Virus record (IMG/VR): IMGVR_UViG_2905444465_000001
Span: 25,723-89,722 of that record
DNA length: 64,000 nucleotides
Direction: 5' to 3' (one strand)
From: a virus
Taxonomy: Duplodnaviria; Caudoviricetes
The number at the start of each line of letters is the position of its first letter. Within the stretch, counting starts at the first letter, position 1. The notes under the pieces were generated by a model. That model did no database searches, was not told the origin of the DNA, and saw only the letters and a list, made by a program, of their open reading frames with translations. A program made the position numbers and the translations under genes. Shown piece by piece: positions 29,977 through 39,417 of this stretch.

Positions 29977-31834
29977 TCAGTCGGTCATTTTTTGCGGACA
30001 GTTCAATACATGCCTGTCTGTTTCGCTCCCTGCTCCTGCGTTTGCTCTCGTTTGATTTCTCCCTCTGTATCTTCTTGGCACAAGCAGGACAATACTTCGA
30101 TATGCCAGAGCGGGGAACATATTCAACACCGCACACCGTACAATTCTTAGGCTTTAACGCAGTCCACCGCTTTGTCGGTGTGATATGTAATTCACCGACA
30201 AAGCCGATGAATTTATAATAAATCTTGATTTCCTGCCGCACCATTCCGTCTGTAAGTTTCTCACGTTCCGAAACAAGTATCTTGTCTATAAGTGCGTTTA
30301 TGATGGTTGCGTCCAGTTCCTTAATGCCTTGATAGTTGCGGATTAGGGAGAGGAAATCACGGACACCCTGCGTCTTCTCATAGCTGTCGCTGAGCGTTTC
30401 CGTTACCTCTTTCAGCCTTGCTTCAATTTCAAGCTGTTCTTTCTGGTATTTTCCCGACATCATCTCAAAATTCCGCTCGGTAATACGCTCCATCACCTTA
30501 TCTTCATAGAGTGAGGAAAACAGCCTGTCCAGTTCTGCAAGGCGTTTGTTCAGTTTTCTTTGCTCCTTTTCCAGTGCCTTTGCCTTGCTCTGGTCTGTTT
30601 CCGTGAGCCGCTTTTCAATCGCCCTCACTGCCTTTTCATCATTGACTGCCATATCCGCAAATCGGTTGATGTCGGTGAGGACAGCGTTGAACAAGTCCCT
30701 CGCTTCAATGCTGTGTGCGGTACACATGATATTACCGTATCTGCCATAATTATTGCAGGAATATTGTACGCAGTCGATGATGTCGGGGCGTTTCCTCCTG
30801 TTGGCACTCATAGCCCGCATCGCATAGCCGCAGTCCGCACACTTAATAACGCCTGCAAAGATGTTCTCAAAGCCGCCCTTGTTTTCTGGTAATCTGCGGC
30901 TTGTAATAAGCTGCTGTACGGTATCAAATTCCTCCTGCGTGACTATCCCCTCATGGGTGTCTGGTATCACTTCCCATTCTTCGGGCAGCTTAGAGGGGCG
31001 TTTCTTGCTTTTCATGTTGGCGGCAATCCGCTTGTAGCCTGCAAGGTTTCCCGCATATATCGGGCTTCTTAAAATGCCCCTTACGCTGTTCTCGCTCCAA
31101 ATATAACGGTTCTCCTCATTCTCCTCAAAATACCTCTCATAGCCTGTTGCCCCCTGCTCCGCCGCATAAGCGGCGGGGCGTAAGATATGCTGTTTGTTGA
31201 TGTGCTTGCGGATTTTGGCGATTCCGTTGCCCGCTAACGCAAGGTCAAATATTTCCCTTACCACATGGGCAACTTTGTCATCTATCAGCAGATGGTTGTG
31301 GTCGGCGGGGTCTTTGACGTAACCGTATGGTGCTGTCGTCCCCATGAATTTCCCCTGCTGAAACCTCGCTCGGTACGCCGATTTTATCTTGACCGACACA
31401 TCGGCGGAATACATTTCGTTTAGGATGTTGCGGAAAGGCGTGATGTCCATAGCGGATTTATTGAGCGTGTCCACGCCGTCATTGACCGCTATATACCTCA
31501 CATTATGCTCTGGGAAAAACACTTCCAGATACAGTCCGCAATCAAGATAGTTCCTCCCCAGACGAGATAAATCTTTCGTGATAACGCAGTTTATCAGACC
31601 GCTTTCAATGTCCTTAATCATGTTCTGGAAACTTGGTCTTTGGAAATTTGTACCAGAGTAACCGTCGTCCACATACGTTTTTGCTAAGTGCCATCCCTGC
31701 TTTTTCACATAATCCGTGAGGATGGATTTCTGTGTCGCAATGCTCGCACTCTCGTTATCCGTGCCATCGTCTTTTGACAAGCGGCAGTACATGCCGACTT
31801 CATAAATCTTGTTCTCCATTCTTATTCCTGCCAT
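29903..31834 (-). CDS. Large serine recombinase (TndX/TnpX-like) of the tet element; last 24 codons come from the target gene
   Basis: MYCRLSKDD, TKDLSRLGRN, KCADCG zinc ribbon; ORF crosses the element end at 29977. Confidence 0.92.
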   Translation of the reverse strand: MAGIRMENKIYEVGMYCRLSKDDGTDNESASIATQKSILTDYVKKQGWHLAKTYVDDGYSGTNFQRPSFQNMIKDIESGLINCVITKDLSRLGRNYLDCGLYLEVFFPEHNVRYIAVNDGVDTLNKSAMDITPFRNILNEMYSADVSVKIKSAYRARFQQGKFMGTTAPYGYVKDPADHNHLLIDDKVAHVVREIFDLALAGNGIAKIRKHINKQHILRPAAYAAEQGATGYERYFEENEENRYIWSENSVRGILRSPIYAGNLAGYKRIAANMKSKKRPSKLPEEWEVIPDTHEGIVTQEEFDTVQQLITSRRLPENKGGFENIFAGVIKCADCGYAMRAMSANRRKRPDIIDCVQYSCNNYGRYGNIMCTAHSIEARDLFNAVLTDINRFADMAVNDEKAVRAIEKRLTETDQSKAKALEKEQRKLNKRLAELDRLFSSLYEDKVMERITERNFEMMSGKYQKEQLEIEARLKEVTETLSDSYEKTQGVRDFLSLIRNYQGIKELDATIINALIDKILVSEREKLTDGMVRQEIKIYYKFIGFVGELHITPTKRWTALKPKNCTVCGVEYVPRSGISKYCPACAKKIQREKSNESKRRSRERNRQACIELSAKNDRLTLNKGRGVLKGRAICSQRWRFTVM

Positions 31835-31888
31835 ACTGTAAAACCTCCATATCTGTCCTATCTGTTTTCATGTTCCATTGCGTACATT

Positions 31889-32080
31889 CTAAGCGGACAG
31901 CCCCTCATTGTCGAAGGTGTCGCCCTCGGCAATCTTCTTCCGAATATCCTCGGAAATAATCGGGATAAACGCTTCTGTGACTGTCTGCGTGCCGACATAT
32001 TCACGGCTGATTATCATCTGAACTGGTGCTTTCGGCACGATACGCTTTCTCTTTTTATCTGCTTTCTTATCCTCGCCCAT
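31889..32080 (-). CDS. Small transposon-encoded protein upstream of recombinase (TnpW-like position)
   Basis: MGEDKKADKK...IISREYVGTQTVTEAFIPII; AAGGAAG RBS. Confidence 0.6.
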   Translation of the reverse strand: MGEDKKADKKRKRIVPKAPVQMIISREYVGTQTVTEAFIPIISEDIRKKIAEGDTFDNEGLSA

Positions 32081-32150
32081 ACTTAAATCTTCCTTTCCAG
32101 ACAGGGCAGGAGAACGTCTGGAAACGCCCCGCCCTGTCAATCAGATACCA

Positions 32151-32381
32151 TCAATCCCCGCTGTTTACTTCTTTCTGTAATGCTTCAAGGAGTGCTGCTG
32201 CTTCATCAGCGTTCAACGTGATACCCTTTCCGCACTTCTCACGGTTCGGGGAAAAGCTGCGGATGTCATATTTCGGCTCTCTTCCGTTCCATGAGATAAG
32301 ATTGATTTCTTTTGTGTAGCCGCTGTCGCCCTTAGACAATACGGCGATTTCCTTTACAATCTCATACTGGATTTCTTTCAT
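32151..32381 (-). CDS. YdbC/PC4-family ssDNA-binding protein
   Basis: KEINLISWNGREPKYDIRSF...KGITL. Confidence 0.85.
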   Translation of the reverse strand: MKEIQYEIVKEIAVLSKGDSGYTKEINLISWNGREPKYDIRSFSPNREKCGKGITLNADEAAALLEALQKEVNSGD

Positions 32382-32426
32382 TCTTCATACCTCAATTTTC
32401 TGCATTTACCTCCCGAAAAGAGAAGA

Positions 32427-33281
32427 TTAGCGGCTGTCCCTGCCCCGTTTCCTCTGCAATTCACGCTCCAAAAGTTTAATGATGGTTTCCTCCATCTGCT
32501 TCGGCGTTGTGTTCTTCGGAAAATACTTTTTCAGCTTGCTTGTGTTGATTTTCAAGGTTTCTTTCTGGTTTCCCTTTTCCTCCGTCATAATTGCAAATAT
32601 CGTATCCATGTCAAGCCGCCCGCTCTGGCTTAGGCTTTTCATCCGCTGTGCCTGTGAGAGTGAGGGCGTTGCTTCTTCGCTCTCCATCGTGGCAAAGAGG
32701 TTTTCCTGCTCGTCTTTCTTCAAAAAGGACAGTTCCACCGCAGGCGTGAGGGCGATTTTCCCCTCGTCCACCATCCGCAAAATCGGCGGTATCAGTTCCG
32801 TCAAACGGATAAATCTTTGTACGGTCATCCTGCCTACGCCGAAGCCCTGTGCCACCTTGTCGTCCGTCCGCAACTTCGTCACAACTTGTGACGAGGTTAA
32901 GTCTGTGCGGAAACCCTGCCGCTTCATGGCTTCGGATTTCATCTTGTAGGCAAACGCCCGCTCTGATGGCAGGATATTCTCACGCTGTAAATTACTGTCT
33001 ACAAGGGTGATGATGGCTCGGTCACGGTCTAAGGGCAGGACAAACGCAGGCACGGTATTTATCCCTGCAAGTTCAGAAGCACGGACACGCCGCTGTCCTG
33101 CAATCACTTCATAACCGTCCCCGTCCTCTTTCGGGCGTGTGATTATCGGCGTGACAATGCCAAATTCCTTGATGCTTTCCGCTAACTCTGACAGTGTTTC
33201 ATCTTCTGCCACATGAAACGGATTGTCGGGGAACGGGTACAAGTCTTTGGTCTTTAACACCTTAAAATCCTGTTTCTTCAT
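32427..33281 (-). CDS. ParB/RepB/Spo0J family protein
   Basis: PFPDNPF, SIKEFGIVTPI, YEVIAGQRR, VDSNLQRENILPSERAFAY; no cognate parA in the element. Confidence 0.9.
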   Translation of the reverse strand: MKKQDFKVLKTKDLYPFPDNPFHVAEDETLSELAESIKEFGIVTPIITRPKEDGDGYEVIAGQRRVRASELAGINTVPAFVLPLDRDRAIITLVDSNLQRENILPSERAFAYKMKSEAMKRQGFRTDLTSSQVVTKLRTDDKVAQGFGVGRMTVQRFIRLTELIPPILRMVDEGKIALTPAVELSFLKKDEQENLFATMESEEATPSLSQAQRMKSLSQSGRLDMDTIFAIMTEEKGNQKETLKINTSKLKKYFPKNTTPKQMEETIIKLLERELQRKRGRDSR

Positions 33282-33289
33282 TCACATAT

Positions 33290-34255
33290 CTACCTTTCTT
33301 TCGCTCTGCTTCTATGATTTTTCTGCAATTCTTCCAACACTTCGGGCGGTATTTTTGACAGCAGCCGCCCCATCTGCTCGTTGGTTCTCTGCAATTCAAA
33401 TATCTTCTGATTCGCTTTCTGCACCTTTAGTTCCTGCTCGTACTTTTCATCACGCATACGCCCCGCATAGTCTGATTCCTGCCCAATTCTCTCTTTCAAA
33501 CTGTCGATATACGCCTGCTGTTTCCCGATTTCCTTAGAGAATTTCTCCACGTCTGGCAGCCATGCAGAGAGTAAATCTAACGCTTTATCCCTTTTCTTCC
33601 CTGCGTTAAAGGCGTTGATGTCGGATAGGGCAGACACGATTTCTTCATACTGTTTATCAAGCCTGCCGCCTAATTTATAGAGCCATGTGGGGACGTGTTT
33701 CCGCTTGGTTTCCATTGAGGACTGCCCCCGTTCAAGCTGATTCCACCGTGAGGACATCCGCTCATGGTAGGCGGTCTGCCACTCGGATAATGATTTCTGG
33801 TTGCCTAAGATAGCTTTCGCTGACAGCTTATTGTCTGGCGTAATCGGCACAAAGCAGAGGTGCATATGGGGCGTTCTCTCGTCCATATGGACGACAGCGG
33901 AGAGGATATTCTGCTTTCCAACACGCTCCGAAATGAAGTCAAGAGCCGTCTGGAAATACGCTTTTTGTTCTTCGGGCGGTAACTGGTTCATAAATTCTGG
34001 TGAAGCTGTGATGAGCGTTTCCACCATCATCACGCTGTCTTTCCTTGTCCTGCACCCCGCTTCGGCTACCATGCGGTTAATCTCTTTCTTGTAGGTGTAC
34101 TTTGGTGGTGCTATGAGATGGTAATTGTTTTTAGAGCGTTCCATATCTATATCTGGGTTGCTTTTGTAGGCTTCTTTCTTCCGCTCGTTGTGGCGTTCAC
34201 AAGCCGCAACGCCGCCCGCTTTTCGTTTCTGGAAACGCAGGATTGCATAAGGCAT
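33290..34255 (-). CDS. MobV/Pre plasmid recombination-type relaxase
   Basis: ERHNER, AVVHMDERTPHMH motif; start at ATG 34255 (MPYAILRF). Confidence 0.9.
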   Translation of the reverse strand: MPYAILRFQKRKAGGVAACERHNERKKEAYKSNPDIDMERSKNNYHLIAPPKYTYKKEINRMVAEAGCRTRKDSVMMVETLITASPEFMNQLPPEEQKAYFQTALDFISERVGKQNILSAVVHMDERTPHMHLCFVPITPDNKLSAKAILGNQKSLSEWQTAYHERMSSRWNQLERGQSSMETKRKHVPTWLYKLGGRLDKQYEEIVSALSDINAFNAGKKRDKALDLLSAWLPDVEKFSKEIGKQQAYIDSLKERIGQESDYAGRMRDEKYEQELKVQKANQKIFELQRTNEQMGRLLSKIPPEVLEELQKNHRSRAKER

Positions 34256-34295
34256 AGGCGGATTCCTCCTTTCTTTCGGCGGGTGACCGTCCTTT

Positions 34296-34840
34296 GGGGT
34301 GACAGCGGTGACGGTGGTGACAGCAGTTTTGGGATACCCCCTGCCGACTGCCGCAACTGTCACCCTCACCCCCTGCATGACGGTCATGTCGATGATGACG
34401 GTGTTTTTGGGATACCCCCCTCGCAAGAGCCGTCACCGTCATGCCGCCATTCTTTTATCCGAAGCCGTAAGGCGTAGGATAGCAGGGCACAGCCCTGCCT
34501 TAAGGGAGTCCAGAGGGAACGTCTGGCACACGACTTTGCAGGGCAAAGTGTAGTGTGTTACACCCTGTAAACGCAGTCGGAAAAATCGGAATGATTTTTC
34601 TGACCGCAGGGGTGGTTTTACACGACCGAAAAGGGCGAGTAAATCTCACGCCTGCATTTTGCGTTTACGGGGTGTTCTCCCGTAGGGATGACAGCGGCAG
34701 GGTATCCTAAAATCACTGTCACCACCGTCACTGCTGTCACCCGCAGGGCAGAGCCGCCAGCTTTACATGGCTTTAAGCGTCAATGACAGTAACAGGGGGG
34801 TATCCTAATATCGCTGTCACCACCATCACCGCTGTCACCC
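34296..34840. repeat. Four ~45-bp repeats (two in each orientation) around the oriT
   Basis: GGGGTGACAGCGGTGACGGTGGTGACAGCAGTTTTGGGATACCCC (34296-34341), degenerate copy 34377-34420, inverted copies 34700-34742 and ~34796-34840. Confidence 0.8.
34526..34566 (+). other. Candidate MOB-V oriT (RSA-like)
   Basis: ACTTTG-CAGGG-CAAAGT hairpin followed by GTAGTGTGTTACAC, resembling the pMV158-family nick region. Confidence 0.55.
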
Positions 34841-35805
34841 GCCCTCCTTGCAAGGGCAATCCGCCTGCCGTCTTTCCTGCGGCTGTACTGGTAGCAGATA
34901 CGGTTCTCGCTTAAAAATGTGGTGCGGTATTCATTCAGCCATTTCGTAATCACCGTGGGTATGGTTTCCGTTTCCCCCATAGCGGCTAACAGTTCCGTTG
35001 CCGTGCCTATCCATTCTTCCTTATCCCTCATAAAATCCACCAACCGAAAAAGGACATCTGGTATCGTTTCTTTCGCAAGCTGCTCCTGCGTTTTCCGCTC
35101 CACAAGCTCCCAACGGCAATCACGGAAACGCAGCGTGTATTCCTGATAAGGCGTGTCCCTGCCCGTCACATACAGCTTGGCGGTGTCAGACGCACGTTTC
35201 TCCTTTTCCAGAACAAAGGTAGCGTCCGCACTCCCCGTTAATCCTGTCGTCCCAGACACCTTGTTGAACACGTCGCTGTCATTCTGCTTTCGGATGTGGT
35301 GTACGACAATGACCGCCAGAGAGTGCCTGTCGGCAAAGTCTTTGATGAGGGAGATGTCCCCATAGTCGCTTGCATAGGCATTGTCTTTTGAAGCTGTACG
35401 GACTTTCTGCAAGGTATCAATGACAATGAGCCTGCTGTCTGGGTAATCTTTCAGATAATCTTCAAGCTGCACGATAAGACCGTCTGACAGCTTGCAGCTT
35501 GCCACGGCAAAGTGGAGCCGCCCGCTTGCTTCGTCCGTCAAACGAAATAACCTGTCCTGTATGCGGCAGAACGTGTCCTCAAGGCAGAGGTAAAGCACAT
35601 CGCCCTCCATTGTCGGCATATCCCATAAAGGGATTCCCTGCGACACGCATAAGCATAGCTTCAGCATGAGCCAGCTTTTGCCTATCTTCTGTGAGCCGCA
35701 GAACAGCGATAAGCCTGTCGGGATAAGGCTGTCCACCACAAAGGATGGTTTCTCAAGCGGTTCATAAAGGAGCGTTTCGGCGTTGACTGTCTGTAACTTC
35801 TGCAT
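34780..35805 (-). CDS. RepA-like AAA ATPase/helicase (AAA_25 type)
   Basis: GSQKIGKS Walker A, YLCLED, IVIDTLQ, VVHHIRK, SGTTGLTGSAD. Confidence 0.85.
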   Translation of the reverse strand: MQKLQTVNAETLLYEPLEKPSFVVDSLIPTGLSLFCGSQKIGKSWLMLKLCLCVSQGIPLWDMPTMEGDVLYLCLEDTFCRIQDRLFRLTDEASGRLHFAVASCKLSDGLIVQLEDYLKDYPDSRLIVIDTLQKVRTASKDNAYASDYGDISLIKDFADRHSLAVIVVHHIRKQNDSDVFNKVSGTTGLTGSADATFVLEKEKRASDTAKLYVTGRDTPYQEYTLRFRDCRWELVERKTQEQLAKETIPDVLFRLVDFMRDKEEWIGTATELLAAMGETETIPTVITKWLNEYRTTFLSENRICYQYSRRKDGRRIALARRAGDSGDGGDSDIRIPPCYCH

Positions 35806-35959
35806 GGCTTTCCTCCTTTCGGGCGGTGTCTTTGTTTTCGTTGCACATAGGCGTTGACCTCCTTAAAAATAGATTTACTCCCACGGAAAAAAGTGAGAGT
35901 ATGTAATGCCGCCAATCCCACACAAATAAAAAACAGATTTCTTTTTCGGGCGGTGTCGG

Positions 35960-36434
35960 TCACGGTTGGAGATATTTCTTCAATTTCCGCCTTTACTTTC
36001 TCCTTTGCAATCGCAACAGATTTCTGTATTGCCGAAGCGGTGCAATGCTCCATAGCGGCGATTTGGTAAAAATTGAACTCATACTCGTAGTAGAGCAGGA
36101 AACGCCGCCTTTGTATCTCTGGAAGGCTCCCAACCGCCTTATAGAGCGTTTCATTCCGTTCTTCCTCAACCATGCGTTCATCAAGGCTCTTAGGCACACG
36201 CAACGCCCGTCTGTAAAGGGTTTCGTCCCATACCTCGTTAAACTCCCTGTGCCGCTCGTCCCATTAGAAAAGATTCCTGTTCCTGCGCTCCATCTGCCGA
36301 AACTCCATAAAGAACTGTTCCGACACTTCCAACTCGTGGGATTTGCCCTGCCCGTCCTTAAAGCTGATAAAATACCTTGTGCCGCTTTCCGTGGATTCCT
36401 CCCGAAGCGTGTATGCCTTAACCCTGTATGCCAT
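35960..36434 (-). pseudogene. Sigma-70 region 4 protein, broken by in-frame TAA (36264-36266) and probable frameshift near 3' end
   Basis: ...RNRNLF*WDERHREFNEVWDETLYRRALRVPKSLD... reads on in frame to LPEIQRRRFLLYYEYEFNFYQIAAMEHCTASAIQKSV. Confidence 0.75.
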
Positions 36435-36517
36435 CCTGTTGTCCTCCTGCAAAAAATGAGTGAGGGGATTTCCATCCCTCACCCAGTAGCCCGCAGGATG
36501 GCAGGCTGTTTTAGAAG

Positions 36518-36943
36518 CTATAAAATTTTCCGCAGCTTCTTCCGCAGATGGTCTAACCTCGCATAGATGGCACCAGTCGTCAAATGCACAAGCGGGGCAA
36601 TCTCCTTTGTGGAATACCCCTGCATTTTCAGCAGGACGATTTTCAAGGTACGCCCGTCCACCGTGACTAATACTTGATAGAGATTTTCGCTCTCAATCTC
36701 TTCCAGTAACTCCGCAACCGTACCCACTTCCGCCTGCCGCTCCCTGCCTGCCATGTCCTCAAGATATTCCGCAACGTCATTCGTCCATCGGTAAAACCGC
36801 CTGTTGGAATTGAAGTCTGCCCTGTCCGCCATGCGTATCTGCTCAATGGTCGCTTCATCAACGCCGCACTCACGCAGCAGCTTTTCCTCCGCTTCTTTCC
36901 AGATACGCCATTTCCTGTCCTCCCGTCCGTGGTTGTATGCCAT
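36518..36943 (-). CDS. Sigma-70 region 4-like HTH regulator
   Basis: MAYNHGREDRKWRIWKEAEE...GYSTKEIAPLVHLTTGAIYARLDHLRKKL; homolog of 8318-8746. Confidence 0.8.
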   Translation of the reverse strand: MAYNHGREDRKWRIWKEAEEKLLRECGVDEATIEQIRMADRADFNSNRRFYRWTNDVAEYLEDMAGRERQAEVGTVAELLEEIESENLYQVLVTVDGRTLKIVLLKMQGYSTKEIAPLVHLTTGAIYARLDHLRKKLRKIL

Positions 36944-37037
36944 TCTTACTTCCTCCAATCAGAATTGATTGAGAGGGCAGAGAAAAGCCCCCTCATCTTC
37001 CCAAAGGAAAAAACAAGGGGGCTGAACGCCTTAAATT

Positions 37038-37550
37038 TTAATTTTCTATTATCTTTCTTAGTTTTATTAGGATTCTGGCTTTGCGTTTGTTTACAACGCT
37101 CTGGGTTATGCCCAACCTCGCCCCGACTTCACGCTCGGAAAGTCCGTCAAAAAAGATTGCCTGTATCAGCTCCTGTTCACTATCCGACAGCAAAGGCAGG
37201 GCGGCTTTCAGCCTGTCCACCATGACCGCATTGACAACGGTTTCTGCAATGTCCACCGCTTCATCAGTGATAAAGTCCAGAGGATTCCCCTCGCTGTCCG
37301 TAAATCCGTCGAGAGATAGCAGTCTATTCTTTGTATCTAATTTTTGCAGATAACGCCACCGTTCCTTGTCACGGTAGAAGTCTGTGTATTGCTCCCTCAC
37401 GACTTCAAGCAGACAGCCTTGAATGGGGATAAACAGCTTGTCCATATAGGTCTGGTCGGATTCCCTGCAACGGCAGAACTCCGTGTAGGATAATTCCACA
37501 TAGCCGCCACTTTCTCTGATATATACCTTTCTTGGTGCATATTTCACCAT
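37038..37550 (-). CDS. ECF-like sigma factor / sigma-70 region 4 protein
   Basis: LPLLSDSEQELIQAIFFDGLSEREVGARLGITQSVVNKRKARIL. Confidence 0.8.
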   Translation of the reverse strand: MVKYAPRKVYIRESGGYVELSYTEFCRCRESDQTYMDKLFIPIQGCLLEVVREQYTDFYRDKERWRYLQKLDTKNRLLSLDGFTDSEGNPLDFITDEAVDIAETVVNAVMVDRLKAALPLLSDSEQELIQAIFFDGLSEREVGARLGITQSVVNKRKARILIKLRKIIEN

Positions 37551-38146
37551 AAATACCTCCCATCTGAATTTTTGAAATGTAAAAAATCCAGATGGAGAGG
37601 CGGAGAACGACACCGCATATCAGAAACAGCCCTACGGCACTTTCCAACAAAAATCGACAAAAGAAAAACCGCAAAGGCTCTGTGACCTTTACGGTTATAG
37701 GAAATAGTAATTCTATTGTATGGAGATTGTACTTCTACTTTCAAGGTGAGAAGTACCGTTGCACTGGCAGAAATTTTTTTAACTGGTTTCCTGCCGTTCT
37801 CTGATATGCTATGTATTGATAAATTTTGCTTCGTATGAGCAGATAGATAACTGCCCGAAAAAAGGACATAAAAAAATCCCTCCAAATTTAAAAACAAATT
37901 CAGAGGGTAATTTAGGGTATAACAAAATAACCCACCCGAATATCGTTTTTTTTATTTGGTGAGTTTGTTCTTTCAAATACGAAACAAATGCTCATGTACG
38001 GTAAAGTATCACAAGAAAATTATGTCGAATTGACAGCCGCCTCCGCTATACCGAATAAGGAAATAAAGAGTCCTCAAATTTTGCGCTACTAAATGAAGAC
38101 GAGCGGAAGTAATCTCCCGCTCGTCAGTAAACTTAACTATGCCATA

Positions 38147-39367
38147 TCAATCCCGCTTCTTTCCCGCCACCGGCACTAAGAACAGCGCGGGCAACAGCAG
38201 GAAAGCGGTACAGACCAGCCCCCAGGGTATGGACACCTGCTGGGCTACCAGCCCCACAATAGGCCCGCCGATGATCTGCCCGAAAGAGTCCAGCTGTCCG
38301 CTGGTGGAAAAGACTGTGGCGCGCATTTTCTCATCCACTTGGTCGTTCATCCAGGCGGCCAGCACAGGCTCCTTGATGGTGCGCATAAGCCCCGCCAGCA
38401 GGAACACCAACAACATGAACCAAAAGCTCCGCCCCACCGCGAAGAGAACCAGGAACAGGATATACCCGGCGCTGGTGGACATGACCACACTGGTTCGGCT
38501 GACAGTCCCTTTTTTCTCCATGCGGGCGATGAGCAACTGAGAAGCCAGAATACCTAAGCCGTTGCCGATAAGACTGATAACACCGAACCAAGTGACGCTG
38601 TTCAGCGGCCCGATAACGGGTATTACCGTGTCATCCAGAAAATGAGCGGTGGAGAGCCGGTCAAAGCCTTCACTGGCAAGTCCCCCGCATAGTGTGATTG
38701 CTAAGAGCGCCAGCAACACAGGTGCGCCTTTCACAAAGCCCAGGTTGAGCTTGAACAGGCAGACAAAGTCTTTAAGCAAGCCCTGCCGTTCCTCAATAGC
38801 AGGGGAGAAGTTGGTTTCTGGCATGATGCGAACCATCACCAGCCCCAACAACAAGCACAAACTGCCCCCCAAGATGAGAGGCATTTGCAGGTTTATGTTT
38901 CCCAGCAGTGTGCCCAGCACCACGCCCAGAACGCCGCCGATTTGCCCCATTTGACTGCCCCGCAGGAACACCTTGTCTATGGGTTTGTCCTCTTCCTCCG
39001 AGGCAATCCACGCCTCCAGAGCGCCGGTGATGAAGGTATCACCGCAACCCCAGACAACCTGGGCCAGCAGAACCGGCGCGAACCACGGTAGCGCACCCTC
39101 CATCAGAAAGCCCAGGCCGTAGAGGAACATTCCAATCAGCACCGAGCGCCGACGGCTATACAAATCCGCCACCACACCGGTGGGCATCTCGAACAGAAAG
39201 CAGGAGGTCTCCTGAACCGTCCCTACCAGGACAAGCTGGAAAGCATCCAGCTGCACCACCTCCAGGTGGTACACGATGGAAAGCACTGTGGACATAGAAA
39301 CCGCCAGGGAACAGACAAATCGGAACAGCAGGTAGACAGAATATGCCTTTGAATTTTTAGCAAACAT
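38147..39367 (-). CDS. tet(40): Tetracycline efflux MFS transporter Tet(40)
   Basis: 406 aa from MFAKNSKAYSVYLLFRFVCSLAVS; TetA(P)-like MFS, directly downstream of tet(O). Confidence 0.9.
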   Translation of the reverse strand: MFAKNSKAYSVYLLFRFVCSLAVSMSTVLSIVYHLEVVQLDAFQLVLVGTVQETSCFLFEMPTGVVADLYSRRRSVLIGMFLYGLGFLMEGALPWFAPVLLAQVVWGCGDTFITGALEAWIASEEEDKPIDKVFLRGSQMGQIGGVLGVVLGTLLGNINLQMPLILGGSLCLLLGLVMVRIMPETNFSPAIEERQGLLKDFVCLFKLNLGFVKGAPVLLALLAITLCGGLASEGFDRLSTAHFLDDTVIPVIGPLNSVTWFGVISLIGNGLGILASQLLIARMEKKGTVSRTSVVMSTSAGYILFLVLFAVGRSFWFMLLVFLLAGLMRTIKEPVLAAWMNDQVDEKMRATVFSTSGQLDSFGQIIGGPIVGLVAQQVSIPWGLVCTAFLLLPALFLVPVAGKKRD

Positions 39368-39417
39368 GAAGTTACATTCTCCTTTCAAATCTCATTTTAT
39401 ATGACTTTTGCAAGCTG

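Noticed and set aside
34296-34840. CRISPR-like array
   Set aside because: Only four repeats, in both orientations, irregular spacing, no cas genes
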